A stretch of DNA of 64,000 bases from Octopus sinensis (Eukaryota), in contig NC_043026.1 of the NCBI RefSeq assembly GCF_006345805.1, positions 12,441,579 to 12,505,578 on the forward strand, in the 5' to 3' direction. Position numbers and translations under genes: made by a program. Shown here piece after piece: positions 1 to 14,261 of this stretch. Under the pieces are notes generated by a model. The model was given only the letters and a program-made list of their open reading frames with translations, was not told where the DNA came from and ran no database searches. Position 1 is the stretch's first letter. Every line of letters begins with the position of its first letter.

Positions 1-294
1 GCTAACCACTAAAGGTGGGTGTTACTGTAGCTTTTAGCCCCAGGAGATCATCGTCTCCTGCTGGCTTTAGGCACACTTTCTGTGCTCTTATGGTATTTGC
101 AAAGGGAGGTCTCATATGATTATAGTCCAATACGAAAGCATGTTCGGGTTGCATGATCTTCATAACGTAATTACAGATTATTGTAATATTTACAATAATC
201 TGTCATATTTACAATAAACTGTCAGCAAAGAGAAAAAGTGGTGGTGAGGGAATAGAGGAGCAGTTGTTTCCCTTACATATGTGAAGGATTTAAC

Positions 295-330
295 GTGCAT
301 GCGCAGTAGTGATTTCCTCTCTTCGTTCTT
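295..330 (+). promoter_or_regulatory. Putative core promoter of ZNF gene 1: NRF1/Ewg-like GTGCATGCGCA followed by a pyrimidine-rich initiator-like tract
   Basis: GCATGCGCAGTAGTGATTTCCTCTCTTCG closely matches the minus-strand GCATGCGCTGTAGTGGTTTCTTCTTCG upstream of ZNF genes 2 and 3; candidate donor GG|GTAAGT at ~538. Confidence 0.5.
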
Positions 331-617
331 TCACCGCGGCTCGCTAATATTTCTTCTTCTTTTTACATTTTAATTTGACTACTTAACTATTTTAAAGCAT
401 ATTTATTTTCCAATCGAATAATTATTTTCATGACAATATTCTCAACCCCTGTAAAATAATATAATATGGCTGTGTGGTAAGAAACTTGCTTTCCAACCGC
501 ACGCTTCCGGGTTCGGTCCCACCACCTGGCACCTCGGGTAAGTATCGTCTACTTATTGTTTCGGGGCCTTGTGAGTGGATTTGATAGACGGAAACTGAAA
601 GAAGAGCGTTGTGTGGG

Positions 618-1006
618 TTCTACTTAAGAAGAGTGGTCCCGGTGCGCGCGCATCCGCGCTGGCTAGTCGTGACTAGTCGATCCTTTGTGTTTTATTTACT
701 TTGCTAGGTAGTCGTTGTAGGATCAACTAGTCACGACTAGCTGGCGCGAGTGCGCGCACCGGGACCACTCTTTTTAAGTTGTACCCGTTGTGTGTTTGTG
801 TGTATATATATATATATAGGTACTACTTGAGAACAGTGGTCTCGGTGCGCGTACTCGCGCACCCGCGCCAGCTAGTCATGACTAGTCGATCCTTACTTTG
901 TGTTTTTGTGTTTTATTTACTTTGCTAGGTAGTCGTTGTAGGATCGACTACTTACGACTAGCTAGCGCGGATGCGCGCACCGGGACCACTATTCGCTAGT
1001 AGTACC
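618..1006. mobile_element. Two adjacent palindromic MITE-like elements (~618-786 and ~819-1006)
   Basis: ~60-70-bp terminal inverted repeats (AGTGGTCCCGGTGCGCGC...GCGCGCACCGGGACCACT) around a short core; same TIR recurs at 53388-54156. Confidence 0.75.
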
Positions 1007-1311
1007 ATATATATATTGTACCATAACTGCCAAGTCTGTTTCTTTACATTTGAAGAAAAAGATCATCACTTTCCGAAAAGGGTTTTTTTTTATATATGTT
1101 GGGTTAGGGGTGGGGGAAAAGGGTGTCTTTTTTTTTCTTCAGAAATGTAAACAAACCCACGTGGGTTTATAATTGGCAGTTATGGTACTTGTACCGAAAG
1201 ATCGCCCAATTTTGTCTATATATATATACCCTATAGTATATATATCATTTCTTTTTCTTTCAGAATGCCTGATGACATTGAAGTTAAGGAACATACCTCA
1301 TCAATATTTAT

Positions 1312-1482
1312 AAAAGCACCCACTACACTCACGGAGTGGTTGGCGTTAGGAAGGGCATCCAGCTGTAGAAACATTGCCAGGTAAGACCGGAGCCTGGTGC
1401 AGCCTTCTTGCTTCCCAGATCCCTGGTCGAACCGTCCAACCCATGCTGGCATGGAGAACGGACGTTAAACGATGATGATGAT
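1312..1482 (+). mobile_element. SINE 3' portion (family with TTGGCGTTAGGAAGGGCATCCAG core and (GAT)n tail) inserted in the ZNF1 leader
   Basis: Same sequence at ~8365-8615, 13595-13890, 19360-19610, 24452-24750, 31267-31560, 32750-33040, 41317-41540, 42800-43150, 44090-44258, 45250-45765, 57290-57550. Confidence 0.8.
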
Positions 1483-1751
1483 TGTCCTTTGAAAATTACA
1501 GGAAGATGTTTTAGACTTGCTTGTATGAATTAAAGGTAGAATTATTATGAAATGTTTTCTCTGACTGGAGATTCTTAGCAACATTTCTCTACTTCACTAT
1601 CTGGAATGTCTAGATAATGATTTTTGTATTCCAATTAACTTTGGAATACAAAAGAGTTAGCAGCATCTCGGATGAAGAAAATCACAGTTGATGGCTGAAT
1701 AAAATTTGTCAGGAATAAAATTTAAAGATGAAAATCAGCATTTGTCTATTG

Positions 1752-2399
1752 CAGTGCTTTTCAACATTTTTGCTGGAGCGGAACCCCAAGGAAACATTCC
1801 ACTGGCTCGAGGAGCCCCTGTGCAATAATTTAATAGTCTTATGCACACATATCTGCACAGGAGAATTAAAAATTACTGCCGATTTTAGCAGTTTTGGTAA
1901 CTTCTTGCGGAACCCCTGGACTGTACTGGCGGAACCCTGGTTGAAAACCACTGAGTTAGACACAGTCAGTTAGACACTAGTTAGACCAGTGCTTTTCAAT
2001 CTTTTTGCTGGAGTGGAACCCCAAGGAAACATTCCACTGGCTCAAGGAACCCCTGTGCAATAGTTTAATAGTCTTATGCACACATATCTGCACAGGAGAC
2101 TTAAAAATTACTGTCGATTTTAGCAGTTTTGTAACTTCTTGCGGAACCCTGGTTGAAAACCACTGAGTTAGACACAGTCAGTTAGACACTAGTTAGACCA
2201 GTGCTTTTCAAACTTTTTGCTGGAGCGGAACCCCAAGGAAACATTCCACTGGCTCGAGGAACCCCTGTGCAATAATTTAATAGTCTTATGCACACATATC
2301 TGCACAGGAGAATTTAAAATTACTGTCGATTTTAGCAGTTTTGTAACTTCTTGCAGAACCCCTGGACTGTACTGGCGAAACCCTGGTTGAAAACCACTG
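1752..2399. mobile_element. Trimer of hAT-type MITE (units 1752-1953, 1987-2165, 2199-2399)
   Basis: TIRs CAGTGCTTTTCAA...TTGAAAACCACTG; 8-bp TSD GTCTATTG at 1744-1751 and 2400-2407 flanks the whole trimer. Confidence 0.85.
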
Positions 2400-2426
2400 G
2401 TCTATTGTAATCAGAAAAGGAAAAAT

Positions 2427-4202
2427 ATGGAAAATGAATTATATAATAAGAAAGTTAAGTGTAAATCGCAGCCTCAAGGGATTAATTTTATTGATGAGAG
2501 ATCAAAAGATATAGAAAGACCATCACACCACTGTGATATCTGTAAAAAGTCATTCTCCCGGAAAGGTAACCTTACAGTACACATACGTATTCACACAGGA
2601 GAGAGGCCGTTTTGCTGTGACATCTGTGGACGATCTTTTTCTGGGAGCAGTGACTTAACTAAACACAAACGAAGTCATACAGGAGAGAAGCCATATCACT
2701 GTGATATCTGTGGAAAATTATTTGCTCACAAAAGTAGTTTGACTGTACACAAATATGTTCATACTGGAGAGAAACCATATCACTGTGATATCTGTGGCAG
2801 CTCCTTCTCACAAAGTAATTACTTAACTAAACACAAACGCACTCATACAGGAGAGAAGCCTTATCAGTGTGATGTCTGTGATAAAACATTCTCTCTGAAA
2901 TGTAACTTAACTACTCACAAATTCATTCATTCAGGTGAGAAGCCCTATCAGTGTGATATCTGTAATAAATCATTCACTCTAAATGCTACCTTAACAACCC
3001 ACAAATACATTCATACAGGTGAGAAACCATATCACTGTGATATCTGTGGTAAATCATTCTCTGTAAGTGGCAACGTAACTATACATAAACGTATTCATAC
3101 AGGAGAGAAACCATATCACTGTGATATCTGTGGGAAATCATTCACTGAAAGTAGTAAATTAACTAAACACAAACGTATCCATACAGAAGAGAAACCTTAT
3201 CAGTGTGATATCTGTGGTAAATCATTCTCTCAGAATAATCATTTAACCAGACACAAATACACTCACACGGGGGAGAAGCCATATCAGTGTGGTACCTGTG
3301 GGAAATCATTCACTGTGAAAGCGGGCCTAACTAATCACGAACTTATTCATACAGGCAGAATACCATATCACTGCGATATCTGTGGTAAATCATTCTTTCA
3401 CAATTGTGACTTGATTATACACAAACGCATTCATACAGGAGAGAAGCCGTATCAGTGTGATATCTGTGGTAAATCATTTTCTTTAAGTGGTCACTTAACT
3501 CGGCACAAAAATACTCACACAGGAGAGAAAACATTTCGCTGTGATATCTGTGGTAAATCCTTCTCCGAGAAAGGTTACATAATTAAGCACAAGCGTATTC
3601 ATACAGGAGAGAAACCATATCACTGTGATATCTGTGGTCGATCGTTTTCTGAAGGGAGTAGCTTGACTAAACACAGACGTATTCATACAGGAGAGAAGCC
3701 GTATCGCTGTGACATCTGTGGTAAATCATTTGCTCAGAAAGCACGCTTGACCACCCATAAACGCACTCATACCGGCGAGAAACCTCATAACTGTGATATC
3801 TGTGGGAGATCATTCTCTCGAACAGATCTTTTATCTTCTCATAGACGTATCCATACAGGAGAGAAACTATATTACTGTGATATCTGTGGTAAATCATTCT
3901 GTTTAAGTCAACACTTGACCCTACACAAACGCATTCATACAGGTGAGAAACCATATCATTGTAATATCTGTGGTAAATCTTTCCTTCAAAGTAATCACTT
4001 AACTAAACACAAACGGATTCATACAGGGGAGAAGCCTTTCCACTGTGATGTCTGTGGTAAATCATTCTCTCAAAACGATTCCTTAACTGCACACAAACGC
4101 ATTCATACAGGAGAAAAACCATATCCTTGTGATATTTGTAGTAAATCTTTCTCTCAGAGAGCACACTTAGCTAGACATATCTCCAATCATATACAAAAGT
4201 AA
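2427..4202 (+). CDS. Poly-C2H2 zinc-finger protein, 20 fingers, no KRAB/SCAN/BTB (ZNF gene 1)
   Basis: 591-aa ORF; 20 repeats of CxxC-x12-HxxxH with TGEKP linkers after a 33-aa MENEL leader. Confidence 0.95.
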   Translation: MENELYNKKVKCKSQPQGINFIDERSKDIERPSHHCDICKKSFSRKGNLTVHIRIHTGERPFCCDICGRSFSGSSDLTKHKRSHTGEKPYHCDICGKLFAHKSSLTVHKYVHTGEKPYHCDICGSSFSQSNYLTKHKRTHTGEKPYQCDVCDKTFSLKCNLTTHKFIHSGEKPYQCDICNKSFTLNATLTTHKYIHTGEKPYHCDICGKSFSVSGNVTIHKRIHTGEKPYHCDICGKSFTESSKLTKHKRIHTEEKPYQCDICGKSFSQNNHLTRHKYTHTGEKPYQCGTCGKSFTVKAGLTNHELIHTGRIPYHCDICGKSFFHNCDLIIHKRIHTGEKPYQCDICGKSFSLSGHLTRHKNTHTGEKTFRCDICGKSFSEKGYIIKHKRIHTGEKPYHCDICGRSFSEGSSLTKHRRIHTGEKPYRCDICGKSFAQKARLTTHKRTHTGEKPHNCDICGRSFSRTDLLSSHRRIHTGEKLYYCDICGKSFCLSQHLTLHKRIHTGEKPYHCNICGKSFLQSNHLTKHKRIHTGEKPFHCDVCGKSFSQNDSLTAHKRIHTGEKPYPCDICSKSFSQRAHLARHISNHIQK

Positions 4203-4322
4203 ATGTAACAATGTGAAAAGTCATTTGATGAGAGAAATATCTTGTATAGCAATACATGTACTTACACAAGAAAGACATTATATAACAGCCTGTGGTAACA
4301 CCTTCAAACTTTAAAAATATAT

Positions 4323-4712
4323 AACGGGAAGGTTTACGAAAATAAACAAAAGACGAAGGCAGGTGGAGTACAAACAAACAAATGTATTAGTATGGCGCTC
4401 AGGAATAGAAATAGAAAAAGTCTTTTACGTTTCGAGCCTACGCTCTTCGACAGAAAGTTACACAGAAAAGAAACAAGGAGAGAAAAAAATGCGTGTAGGA
4501 GTTAACAGTCCAATATATATATATATATATAACGGGAAGGTTTACGAAAACAAACAAAAGACGAAGGCAGGTGGAGTACAAACAAACAAATGTATTAGTA
4601 TGGCGCTCAGGAATAGAAATAGAAAAAGTCTTTTATGTTTCGAGCCTACGCTCTTCGACAGAAAGATACACAGAAAAAAAACAAGGAGAGAAAACAATGC
4701 GTGTAGGAGCTA
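4323..4712 (-). mobile_element. Tandem dimer (~208-bp period) of a Penelope-like pLTR/retrozyme-type repeat with a minimal hammerhead-like motif
   Basis: Two direct copies flanked by TA runs; minus strand reads CTTT-CTGTCGA-A-GAGC-GTAG-GCTC-GAAA-CG-TA-AAAG at 4422-4457, with a variant at 4630-4665. Confidence 0.6.
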
Positions 4713-4939
4713 GTGTTTAAAAATATATACATTGTTATACACGACATAACTTCCTATTTTGATAGTGTTGATTAAAAATCATTCTCTTAGAATACTCATA
4801 GGTATCTCATACAACATTTTGTGGAATAAGTTACTCTTGATTTATTCGATATTGTGGGTAAATAGCTGAGAAATGTTTCATCATATGTCAGTGATAACAT
4901 CAGTGATGAAAGAACTTTAACAAAAAAACTATAATAGTA

Positions 4940-5005
4940 TTCGATTCACTTCAACATTTAAGTTTAATTTGTCAAAATATCTTCGTCGCTTTAAGACCGC
5001 GACCT
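4940..5005 (-). mobile_element. Inverted truncated copy of the hammerhead-bearing repeat
   Basis: Reverse complement of AGGTCGCGGTCTTAAAGCGACGAA.ATATTTTGACAAATTAAACTTAAATGTTGAAGTGAATCGAA. Confidence 0.8.
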
Positions 5006-5007
5006 AG

Positions 5008-5581
<574 letters not shown>

Positions 5582-5914
5582 ATAATAGTATTAATAAAGC
5601 TGAAGTGAAAACCAGATATATAGTGTGTGTATTTATTTGGCAAAATACAATAATCCCCACGTATAACAATGTGTTTGTGTATGTGTGTGCTGGTGTCACA
5701 TAAAGGGACCCAGTACATTCTGTAAAGTGGTTGGTATTAGGAAGGGCATCCAGCTGTAGAAACCAAGCTAAACCAGAGTGGAACCTGGTACAGCTGTCTG
5801 TTTTGCTGGCATGGAATCAGACATGAAATGATGATATATATGTGTGCGTGCTGCTTACCAGCCACATGGTTCTGGGTTCAGTTCCACTGTGTGACACCTT
5901 GGGCAAGTATCTTG

Positions 5915-6300
5915 CAGGAGTGGCTGTGTGGTAAGTAGCTTGTTTACCAACCACATGGTTCCGGGTTCAGTCCCACTGCATGGCACCTTGGGCAAGTGTC
6001 TTCTACTATAGCCTCAGGTCGGCCAAAGCCTTATGAGTGGATTTGGTAGACGGAAACTGAAAGAAGCCCGTCGTATATATATATATATGCGTGTTTGTGT
6101 GTCTGTGTTTGTCCCCCTAGCATTGCTTGACAACCGAAGCTGGTGTGTTTATGTCCCCGTTAGTTAGCGGTTCGGCAAAAGAGACCGATAGAATAAGTAC
6201 TGGGCTTACAAAAAGAATAAGTCCTGGGGTCGAGTTGCTCGATTAAAAGGCGGTGCTCCAGCATGGCTGCAGTCAGATGACTGAAACAAGTAAAAGAGTA
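5915..6300 (+). mobile_element. tRNA-derived SINE (GGAGTGGCTGTGTGG head, central (TA)n/(TG)n, GTAAAAGA tail)
   Basis: Pol III A/B-box-like head (TGGCTGTGTGG...GGTTCAGTCCC); more than 15 copies or fragments in the window. Confidence 0.85.
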
Positions 6301-6433
6301 TAGCCTCAGACCGACCAAAGCCTTGTGAGTAGATTTGGTAGATGGAAAGTGAAAGAATCCCATTGTGTGTGTGTATATATATGTATGTTTGTGCGTCTGT
6401 GTTTGTCCCCCCAACATCGCTTGTCAACCACAA

Positions 6434-7245
<812 letters not shown>

Positions 7246-7407
7246 GCAGGAGTGGCTGTGTGGTAAGTAGCTTGCTTACCAACCACATGGTTCCGGGTTC
7301 AGTCCTACTGTGTGGCATCTTGGGCAAGTGTCTTCTGCTATAGCCCCGGGCCGACCAATGCCTTGTGAGTGGATTTGGTAGACGGAAACTGAAAGAAGCC
7401 CGTCATA

Positions 7408-7471
<64 letters not shown>

Positions 7472-7889
7472 TGTGTGTCTTTCTTTCTGTTTCTTGTTCC
7501 CGACTTCCTACGCAACTGCTGAGCCTGGATGTGCATTCGTCCATCCGTCAATGCTCTCGGTGTCGGGGGTTGACCTGCTTTCTGTTCTGCGGGTCTTACG
7601 AATAGCAAAGGACCATGTTTTGGACGTCTCCCACTACTGGGACGAAGACCGCTTCGCTCAACAGCAACAGCAGCAGTTATAATGACATAATCTTTTACTT
7701 GTTTCAGTCATTTGAGTGCAGCCATGCTGGAGCACCGCCTTTAGTCGAGCAAATCGACCCCGGGACTTATTCTTTGTAAGCCCAGTTCTTCTTTTATCGG
7801 TCACTTTTGCCGAACCGCTAAGTTACGAGGACATAAACACACCAGCATCGGTTGTCAAGCAATGCTAGGGGGACAAACAGACACACAAA

Positions 7890-7931
<42 letters not shown>

Positions 7932-8267
7932 TACGACAGGCTTCTTTCAGTTTCCGTCTACCAAATCCACTCACAAGGCATTGGTTGGCCCGAGGCTAGA
8001 GTAGAAGACAATTGCCCAAAGTGCCATGCAGTGGGACTGAACCCAGAACCATGTGGTTGGTTAGCAAGCTACTTACCACACAGCCACTCCTATATACATA
8101 TATACGACCGGCTTCTTTCAGTTTCCGTCTACCAAATTCACTCACAAGGCATTGGTCGGCCCGGGGCTATAGCAGAAGACACTTGCTCGAGATCCCACGC
8201 AGTGAGACTGAACCCGGAACCATGTGGTTGGTTAGTAAGCTACTTACCACACAGCCACTCCTGCGCC
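7246..8267. mobile_element. Cluster of tRNA-SINE copies in opposite orientations with (TA)n tracts
   Basis: Plus-strand head at 7246-7480; minus-strand copies at 7694-8090 and 8100-8267. Confidence 0.8.
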
Positions 8268-8769
8268 TGTAGAAAAGACAGAGGGAAAGAAAAACAGTTT
8301 AAAAAGAGAAAAGAAATCACTGATGCAAAGCTTATGATTGTCGGTTTTTAAAACATACAAATCAGCCAGCCTCGCCTGGCCCCCGAGCCGGTGGCACGTA
8401 AAAAGCACCATCCGATCGTGGCCATTTGCCAGCCTCGTCTGGCATGTAAAAAGCACCCACTACACTCACTGAGTGGTTGGCGTTAGGAAGGGCATCCAGC
8501 CGTAGAAACACTGCCAGATCAGACTGGGCCTGATGCAGCCTTCTGGCTTCCCAGACCCCAGTTGAACCATCCAACCCATGCTAGCATGGAAAGCGGACGC
8601 TAAACGATGATGATGAAATCATGGTGTTTATGCATTGTTTTGGAATATTTTATTTTTTAACCTTGGTGCGTCTCAGAATTCTTCAGTTTTTTTCTTTTGT
8701 ACACACTGGCTGTGTTTGTCAGTTCCTGATACAGCTAATTATAAATGAAAGTAGAGAGTGTGGGTCAGT

Positions 8770-9090
8770 CTGTGCTCAGGTGCAACTTTCAACTCTCTCT
8801 TCTCAAGGGATTGGATTGATGTGCCTTGCCTGTGACCAGAATTGAAGGTCTAATCAGTCTAGATGAGCTCCACATCTCCATTGCACTCAGAGTGGGAGTC
8901 AACGTCTGTCGGGGGCTGAGATGTCACTGTGGTAGACCTCTCAGACTCTACAGCCCTACACAATCTGTCTTGCTACTTAAATGCTGGTTGTTTCGCTTGT
9001 CACACCAAGCTAAACTTAATCGTTAAGTAGGTCCTGACTCAGGTAAATATCCCCTCTGTTCTGGAGCCAGTAGGATTATCCAGAAGTGAT
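8770..9090 (+). pseudogene. Degenerate CRE-like non-LTR retrotransposon fragment (Zn-knuckle/REL region); second copy at ~19820-20140
   Basis: Frames encode LHISIALRVGVNVCRGLRCHCG and LHNLSCYLNAG...HTKLNLIVK*VLTQVNIPSVLEPVGLSRSD, resembling the CRE-clade ALRLG..C..CG..H.LSC..RH..LN..PS.LEP.GL.R.D motif. Confidence 0.55.
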
Positions 9091-9871
9091 TGGAATGTTT
9101 CAGGGAGAAAACGATTTTAGCTAAATAGAGGGCATAGGATTGGCTAAAATTCGAAAAATTAAACTACGTTAAACTTACAAATTACAATTTTCTCAATAAA
9201 GCCAAGAGAAAAAAATGTTTTATTTTGACACATTCTACCAGTATACGAAGTTTAAAAGTGTTTAGTTAACTAGAAATTGTGTTGAAAACTGCCGTTCAAA
9301 AGGAAAAGATCCGTTTTATGGAACACACTACCAGTATATGAAGTTTAAAAGTGTTTAGTTACAAAGAAATTATTTCAAAAATCTGCCGGTCAAAGTGAAA
9401 AGATCCCAAATATCTTACAAACTATAGAATTTTCCCAAGAAAGCCAAGAGAAAAAGATGTTTTATAAACACATTCTACCAGTATACGAAGTTTAAAAGTG
9501 TTTAGTTACAAAGAAATTATTTCAAAAATCTGCCGGTCAAAGTGAAAAGCTCCCATAAAAATAACAAAAAGGAAAGAGAAGTTAGTTGAATTTCGCCAGA
9601 ATATCTTGTGAACTTTAAATATGAACGTTGACTTTCATTGCATTCACATACGCACAAACACTGTCTTTCTATCTGAAAGCTGTTTGCCATAACAGAAAAA
9701 TAAAGCTCTCAGCGGTTCTCTCCCCTTGAACGAAATTTATCCTATTTCTTAGCAAACTCACTTTCTCTCCACTTCTTTGAAAACGAGCATAGATTGGCAG
9801 CGACCAGCGGTCGCCAGTCAAATTTCACACGTTTACAAACGACAAACTTTTGCATAAAATAATATTGATAT

Positions 9872-9913
<42 letters not shown>

Positions 9914-9977
9914 ATATAGGCTAAACTGGCAATATGACCATTCCGAAATATAACAATATATATATATATATATAAAC

Positions 9978-10905
9978 AGCATGGATTTTTGTCAGTGAAG
10001 AGGTCGCGGTCTTAAAGCGACGAAAATATTTTGACAAATTAAACTTAAATGTTGAAGTGAATCGAACGGCTTTTGTGTGTTTCTTAAATGGCTTATAAAC
10101 ACCTTCCACGCTGCAATTATATATATATATATTTATAAACCTTATTCAGCATGGATTTTTGTCAGTGAACAGGTCGCGGTCTTAAAGCGACGAAAATATT
10201 TTGACAAATTAAACTTAAATGTTGAAGTGAATCGAACGGCTTTTGTGTGTTTCTTAAATGGCCTATAAACACCTTCCACGCTGCAATTATATATATATAT
10301 ATTTATAAACCTTATTCAGCATGGATTTTTGTCAGTGAACAGGTTGCGGTCTTAAAGTGACGAAAATATTTTGACAAATTAAACTTAAATGTTGAAGTGA
10401 ATCGAACGGATTTTGTGTGTTTCTTAAATTGTTTATAAACACCTTCCACGCTGCAATTGTTTTCGTTCCAGCACACGATCTCAGATCAGGTCACTTGCTA
10501 TGCAAGTACATCTCCGTAATTCCGAAAGCTTGAGCCAGGCTACCAAAACTCTGAGGACAGCCGTTACTTGTTGCTTGAGAAGAATAACAGCTTCATTTCA
10601 TTAGACACTGCATCTCACTGAAGTTTACCGAAAGGATTTACCATACAGTCGAAGCACTAAACCTAAAGAAGGGACAAGCGTCAAGACTAAATTTACTGAG
10701 ATGCAGCACGGATTTTTGTCAGTGAAGAGGTCGCGGTCTTAAAGCGACGAAAATATTTTGACAAATTAAACTTAAATGTTGAAGTGAATCGAACGGCTTT
10801 TGTGTGTTTCTTAAATGGCTTATAAACACCTTCCACGCTGCAATTGCTTTCCTTTCAGCACACGATCTCAGATCAAATCACTTGCTATGCAAGTACATCT
10901 CCGTA

Positions 10906-10906
<1 letters not shown>
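9978..10906 (+). mobile_element. Array of hammerhead-bearing repeats: two 170-bp truncated units, one ~385-bp unit with an internal segment (10520-10700) and a terminal unit; paralogous array at 21006-21765
   Basis: Hammerhead-like motifs at 9988, 10158, 10328 and 10715; flanked on both sides by (TA)n. Confidence 0.75.
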
Positions 10907-10936
<30 letters not shown>

Positions 10937-10970
10937 GTATGTATAAGGAACACAAGAGTTGATATATATG

Positions 10971-11211
10971 AAAAAACAAGTCAAGATAGAAAATGCTAAA
11001 ATAATTTTATAAAGAACAAACGATATATCCACCTCGTATGACTTAAAGTTGGCACGTTATGGGTTATAGCTGTGATTGGGGTTGATTTTTAATGGATTCT
11101 TAGGAATGTAATATTTGCGTGTGTATTTGGGTTATTCTAAAGCCGAGGTGGTTTTTATCGTTTGTTCTTTATAAAATTATTTTAGCATTTTCTATCTTGA
11201 CTAGTTTTTTC
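10971..11211. repeat. ~55-bp inverted repeat with ~130-bp spacer (MITE-like); duplicated at ~21833-22070
   Basis: AGTCAAGATAGAAAATGCTAAAATAATTTTATAAAGAACAAACGAT and its reverse complement. Confidence 0.7.
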
Positions 11212-11926
11212 ATATTCTTTTACTTTTATTTTACTCGTTTCAGTCATTTGACTGTGGCAATGCTGGAGCACCGCCTTTACTCGAACAAATCGACCCCAGC
11301 ACTTATTCTTTGTAAGCCTAGTCCTTATTCTATCGGTCTCTTTTGCCGAACCGCTAAGTTACGAGGACGTAGACACGCCACCATCGGTTGTCAAGTGATG
11401 GGGGTGGTAAACACACACACACATATATATTTATATACGACGACCTTCTTTCAGTTTCCGTCTACCAAATTCACTCACAAGGCATTGGTCGGCCCGAGGC
11501 TATAGTAGAAGGCACTTGCCCAAGATGCCACGCAGTGGGACTGAACCCGGAACCATGTGGTTGGTAAGCAAGCTACGTACCACACAGTCACTCCTATATA
11601 TATTTAGCGAGGGGCAAAATGAGGTGCTAAAGTGAAAGCGCAAAAGACAAAGTAGCTAATTCTAAAATCTCTAAACGAGATATAAGTAGTAGCAATATTA
11701 GATGGTAACATTTTTTTTTTCCACAGTTGTGGTGCACCTGAGCACTGTATACAATAATTTCATTATATTATATTATTAAATTATAAAGTAAGTCACAGTA
11801 TAGCTGTGATTGTCTAAAATAAAGTGACAGGAGATTGTAATCTTGACACATGTTTTATTTTCTGAGTGAACATATTTATTGTTACATAAGATATTTCTTT
11901 TGATGAATAACAATTGACATTGACAA

Positions 11927-13201
11927 TCATTCTTCTGTATAAATGCATAGATGTGTACTTAACTGCCTTGTTTGTGAGAAAGCCTTACCACAGATATCAC
12001 ACTGATATGGTTTCTCTCCTGTATGAATACGTCTGTGTGCAGTTAAATTACTTCTTTGAGAGAATGATTTGCCACAGATATCACAGTGAAACTGTCTCTC
12101 TCCTGTGTGAATACGTTTATGTGCAGTTAAGTTACTGCCATCTGAGAATGGTTTACCACAGATATCACAGTGATATGGCTTCTCTCCTGTATGAGTACGC
12201 TTGTGTGACGTTAAGCTGCTACTTACAGAGAAAGATTTACCACAGACATCACAGTGATATGGTTTCTCTCCTGTATGGATACGTTTGTGTTTAGCTAAGG
12301 TGCTTCTATGAGAGAAAGATTTACCACAGATGTGACAGTGATAGGAAATATTTCCTGCATGAATATGCATGTGAACAGTTAAGTTTCTTCCACTGCAGAA
12401 CGATTTATCACAGATATCACAGCGATATGGTTTCTCTCCTGTATGAATATATTTGTGACTAGTTAAGTCAATTCCTTTGGAAAATGATTTACCACAGATA
12501 TCACAGCGATAGGGTATCATCCCTGTATGAATACGCTTATGTTGAATTAGGTTACTTCCATTGGAGAATAATTTACCACAGATATTGCAATGGTATGGCT
12601 TGTCTCCTGTATGAATATATTTGTGTTCAGTTAAGCTAGATTTTCGAAAGAATGATTTACCACAGATATCACAATGATATGGCTTATGTCCTGTATGAAT
12701 ACGTTTGTGACTAGTTAAGACATTTCTTTTGGAGAATGATTTACCGCAGATATCACAGTAATATGGCTTCTCTCCTGTATGGGAACGCTTGTGTGCAGTT
12801 AAGTTGCCTCTGTAACAGAATGATTTACCACAGATATCACAGTGATATGGCTTTTCACCTGTATGACTACGTTTATGTTCAGTCAAGTTACCTTTCTGGA
12901 AGAATGATTTGCCACAGATATCACAGCGATATGGTTTCTCTCCTGTATGAATGCGCTTATGTATCGTTAAGCTACCTGTCTGAGAAAATGATTTACCACA
13001 GATATTACAATCATAAGGCTTCTCTCCTCTATGAATACGTCTGTGGGTAGTAAGGTTACCTTTTCGAGTAAATGATTTTTTACAAATATCACAGTGATAT
13101 GATGCTTTTCCTATATCAGTTGGTATCTTACCAATAATATCAATCTTTTTAGGCTGTGGTTTACATTCTAAATTTCCATCACGCAATTCATTTTCCATCA
13201 T
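11927..13201 (-). CDS. Poly-C2H2 zinc-finger protein, 13 intact + 1 degenerate finger (ZNF gene 2)
   Basis: 424-aa ORF, MMENEL leader, TGEKP linkers; the last finger lacks its terminal His. Confidence 0.95.
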   Translation of the reverse strand: MMENELRDGNLECKPQPKKIDIIGKIPTDIGKASYHCDICKKSFTRKGNLTTHRRIHRGEKPYDCNICGKSFSQTGSLTIHKRIHTGEKPYRCDICGKSFFQKGNLTEHKRSHTGEKPYHCDICGKSFCYRGNLTAHKRSHTGEKPYYCDICGKSFSKRNVLTSHKRIHTGHKPYHCDICGKSFFRKSSLTEHKYIHTGDKPYHCNICGKLFSNGSNLIQHKRIHTGMIPYRCDICGKSFSKGIDLTSHKYIHTGEKPYRCDICDKSFCSGRNLTVHMHIHAGNISYHCHICGKSFSHRSTLAKHKRIHTGEKPYHCDVCGKSFSVSSSLTSHKRTHTGEKPYHCDICGKPFSDGSNLTAHKRIHTGERQFHCDICGKSFSQRSNLTAHRRIHTGEKPYQCDICGKAFSQTRQLSTHLCIYTEE

Positions 13202-14261
13202 TTTTCATCTCTCAACACAATATACATTTTTTTTTTAATACATCTTTATATTTTATTCCTAACAAATATTTAGTCTGCAATATTTGTACTAATTATGATC
13301 TTAGTCAATATCTGAAGAGGCTACAGACTCTTTATTAATTTAAGCTTAATTAGAAGGCAAATAATCATCTTGTACATATTCCAGACAGTGAAGTAGAAAG
13401 ATTTTGTTAATGGTCTCACTGAGAGATAATATTTCACAGCAATTTGAGCACTGGTTCACACAAAATGGATTAGATGTGTTCTGTATAACATCTTCCTTTA
13501 CTGATGGTAGATCCAAAGTGAAAAACATTTTTTAATTCCAGCACCATCTGGTATTCTGAAATTATAGACAAAAAGATTATGAGGTATTGAAAATCATCAT
13601 CATCATCATCATTTAGCGTCCGTTTTCCATGCTAGCATGGGTTGGACGGTTCAACTGGGGTCTGTGAAGCTGGAAGGCTTCATCAGGCCCAGTCAGATCT
13701 GGCAGTGTTTCTACGGCTGGATGCCCTTCCTAACGCCAACCACTCCGTGAGTGTAATGGGTGCTTTTTACGTGCCACCAGCACAGGTGCCAGACGGAGCT
13801 GGCAAATGGCCATGAACAGATGGTGCTTTTATGTGCCACCGGCACGGGGGCCAGGCGAGGCTGGCAAACGGCCACGAACGGATGGTGCTAAATTGAGATG
13901 GGTACAGACATGGCTGTGTATTAAAAAGCTTGCTTCCCAACCATGTGGTTCTAGGTTCAGTCCCACTGTGTGGAACCTAGAACAAATATCTTCTACTATA
14001 GCCTTGGTCTGACGAAAGCCATATGAGTGAATTTGGTAGACGGAAACTGAAAGAAGCCCATCATATGTGTGTGTGTTTGTTCCCCTCCACCATCACTTGA
14101 CAACTGGTGTGGATGTGTTTATGTCCCTATAACTTAGTGGTTCAGCAAAAGAGACTGACAGAATAAGTACCAGGCTTAAAAAATAAGTCCTGGGGTCGAT
14201 TTGTTTGACTAAAACCCATGGCCGAAGTCAAATGACTGAAATAAGTAAAAAGATGAAAAAT

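Noticed and set aside
7276-7682. IY/YI-repeat ORFs (also 15499-15745, 26391-26609, 41967-42389)
   Set aside because: Translations of (TA)n microsatellites within SINEs
11914-13050. Antisense ORFs over ZNF genes (YHRYH...MVSLLYE motifs; also 3667, 22774, 48626, 49382)
   Set aside because: Shadow frames of the 84-bp finger periodicity
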